DNA of 64,000 nt, taken from positions 352,001 through 416,000 of the forward strand of contig CAWFAK010000008.1 of assembly GCA_963813715.1 (NCBI GenBank), read 5' to 3'. This document shows positions 63,189 through 64,000 of the stretch, piece by piece. The notes below the pieces were generated by a model. It was given only the letters and a program-made list of their open reading frames with translations, had not been told where the DNA came from and ran no database searches. The translations under genes were made by a program, and so were the position numbers. Each line of letters begins with the position of its first letter. Within the stretch, counting starts at the first letter, position 1. The DNA comes from an uncultured Planctomycetaceae bacterium. Its GTDB lineage: Bacteria; Planctomycetota; Planctomycetia; Planctomycetales; Planctomycetaceae.

Positions 63189-64000
63189 ATGGACGAATTA
63201 GCCGCCTACGACTACGAGCTGCCGGCCGAGCTGATCGCGACGGAGCCGTTGCCCCGCCGCGACGCCGCGCGTTTGCTCGTCGTCGACCGCTCGACCGGAC
63301 GCCTCGAGCACCGCAGCGTCAGCGACCTACCGGAAATTCTGCGCCCGGGCGATCGCCTCGTCTTGAACGACACGCGGGTCGTCCCGGCCCGGCTGTTCGG
63401 CATACGGAAGGCCACCGGCGGCAAATGGGACGGGCTGTTTCTCGAAACCGACGCCGCCGGTCATTGGCGGCTGATCGGCCACTCGGGCGGCAAGCTGCAG
63501 GCGGGCGAGACGCTGGTGATTGCTCCCGCTCACCACCCCGAGTCTCCCGCGCGGCTGGAACTGACTCTGCTCGCCTGCGACGCCGAGGGAATTTGGACCG
63601 CGGCTCCCACCGCCACTTCCCGCATTTGATCGGTCGGCCGTCGCTCTGCTCGAAGAATTCGGCACCGTTCCGCTGCCTCCTTATCTGCACCGCAAGCTGG
63701 GGGCCACGCTCGACTGGGACCGCTACCAGACGACGTTCGCCGAGCGGCCCGGTGCGGTTGCCGCCCCGACCGCCGGTCTGCACTTCACGCCCGAACTGCT
63801 CGAACGCTGCGACCGCCGCGGCATTCCCCGAACGTTCGTCACGCTGCACGTGGGCATCGGCACCTTTCGACCAATCAGCGTCGAACGGCTGAGCGAGCAC
63901 ACGATGCACGCCGAGTGGTGCGAACTTTCGCCGACGGCCAGCACGACGCTGAACGACACACGCGCAGCCGGCGGCCGCATCGTCGCCGTCGGCACGACGA
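63189..64000 (+). CDS. queA: S-adenosylmethionine:tRNA ribosyltransferase-isomerase, partial, apparent frameshift ~63610
   Basis: [21 protein letters not shown], then [37 protein letters not shown] in the next frame. Confidence 0.95.

Overview
GC-rich bacterial chromosomal segment. The gene content points to a planctomycete (inference): a Cys-rich YTV-repeat protein, a redoxin/cytochrome c/Cu-monooxygenase fusion, a sulfatase, and a reduced mraZ-rsmH-ftsI cluster with no mur or ftsZ genes in it. Housekeeping content: topA (partial), a complete 14-gene nuoA-N complex I operon, 2-oxoacid/acetoin dehydrogenase E1+E2, glcF-like, a desaturase, GT4 and queA (partial). About 25 apparent indels split genes across the window, including nuo subunits. 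They are best read as sequencing/assembly errors, so gene boundaries were rebuilt by hand and breakpoints are approximate. Top leads: (1) a 983-bp IS with a TCAC duplication sitting inside a REP-like palindrome whose intact sisters lie next to it; (2) a GGA-rich, three-hairpin, terminator-ended RNA element between mraZ and rsmH; (3) a division/cell-wall cluster in which a membrane-anchored double-LysM protein and an FtsL-like gene lie between rsmH and ftsI; (4) an orphan PD-(D/E)xK-like nuclease; (5) an FGGY kinase + sphingosine-1-phosphate-lyase-like pair; (6) four 11-bp-phased boxes upstream of the desaturase; (7) two small proteins below the ORF-track cutoff. No rRNA, tRNA or CRISPR array was seen. 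All family calls come from motif recognition by eye, not database searches.
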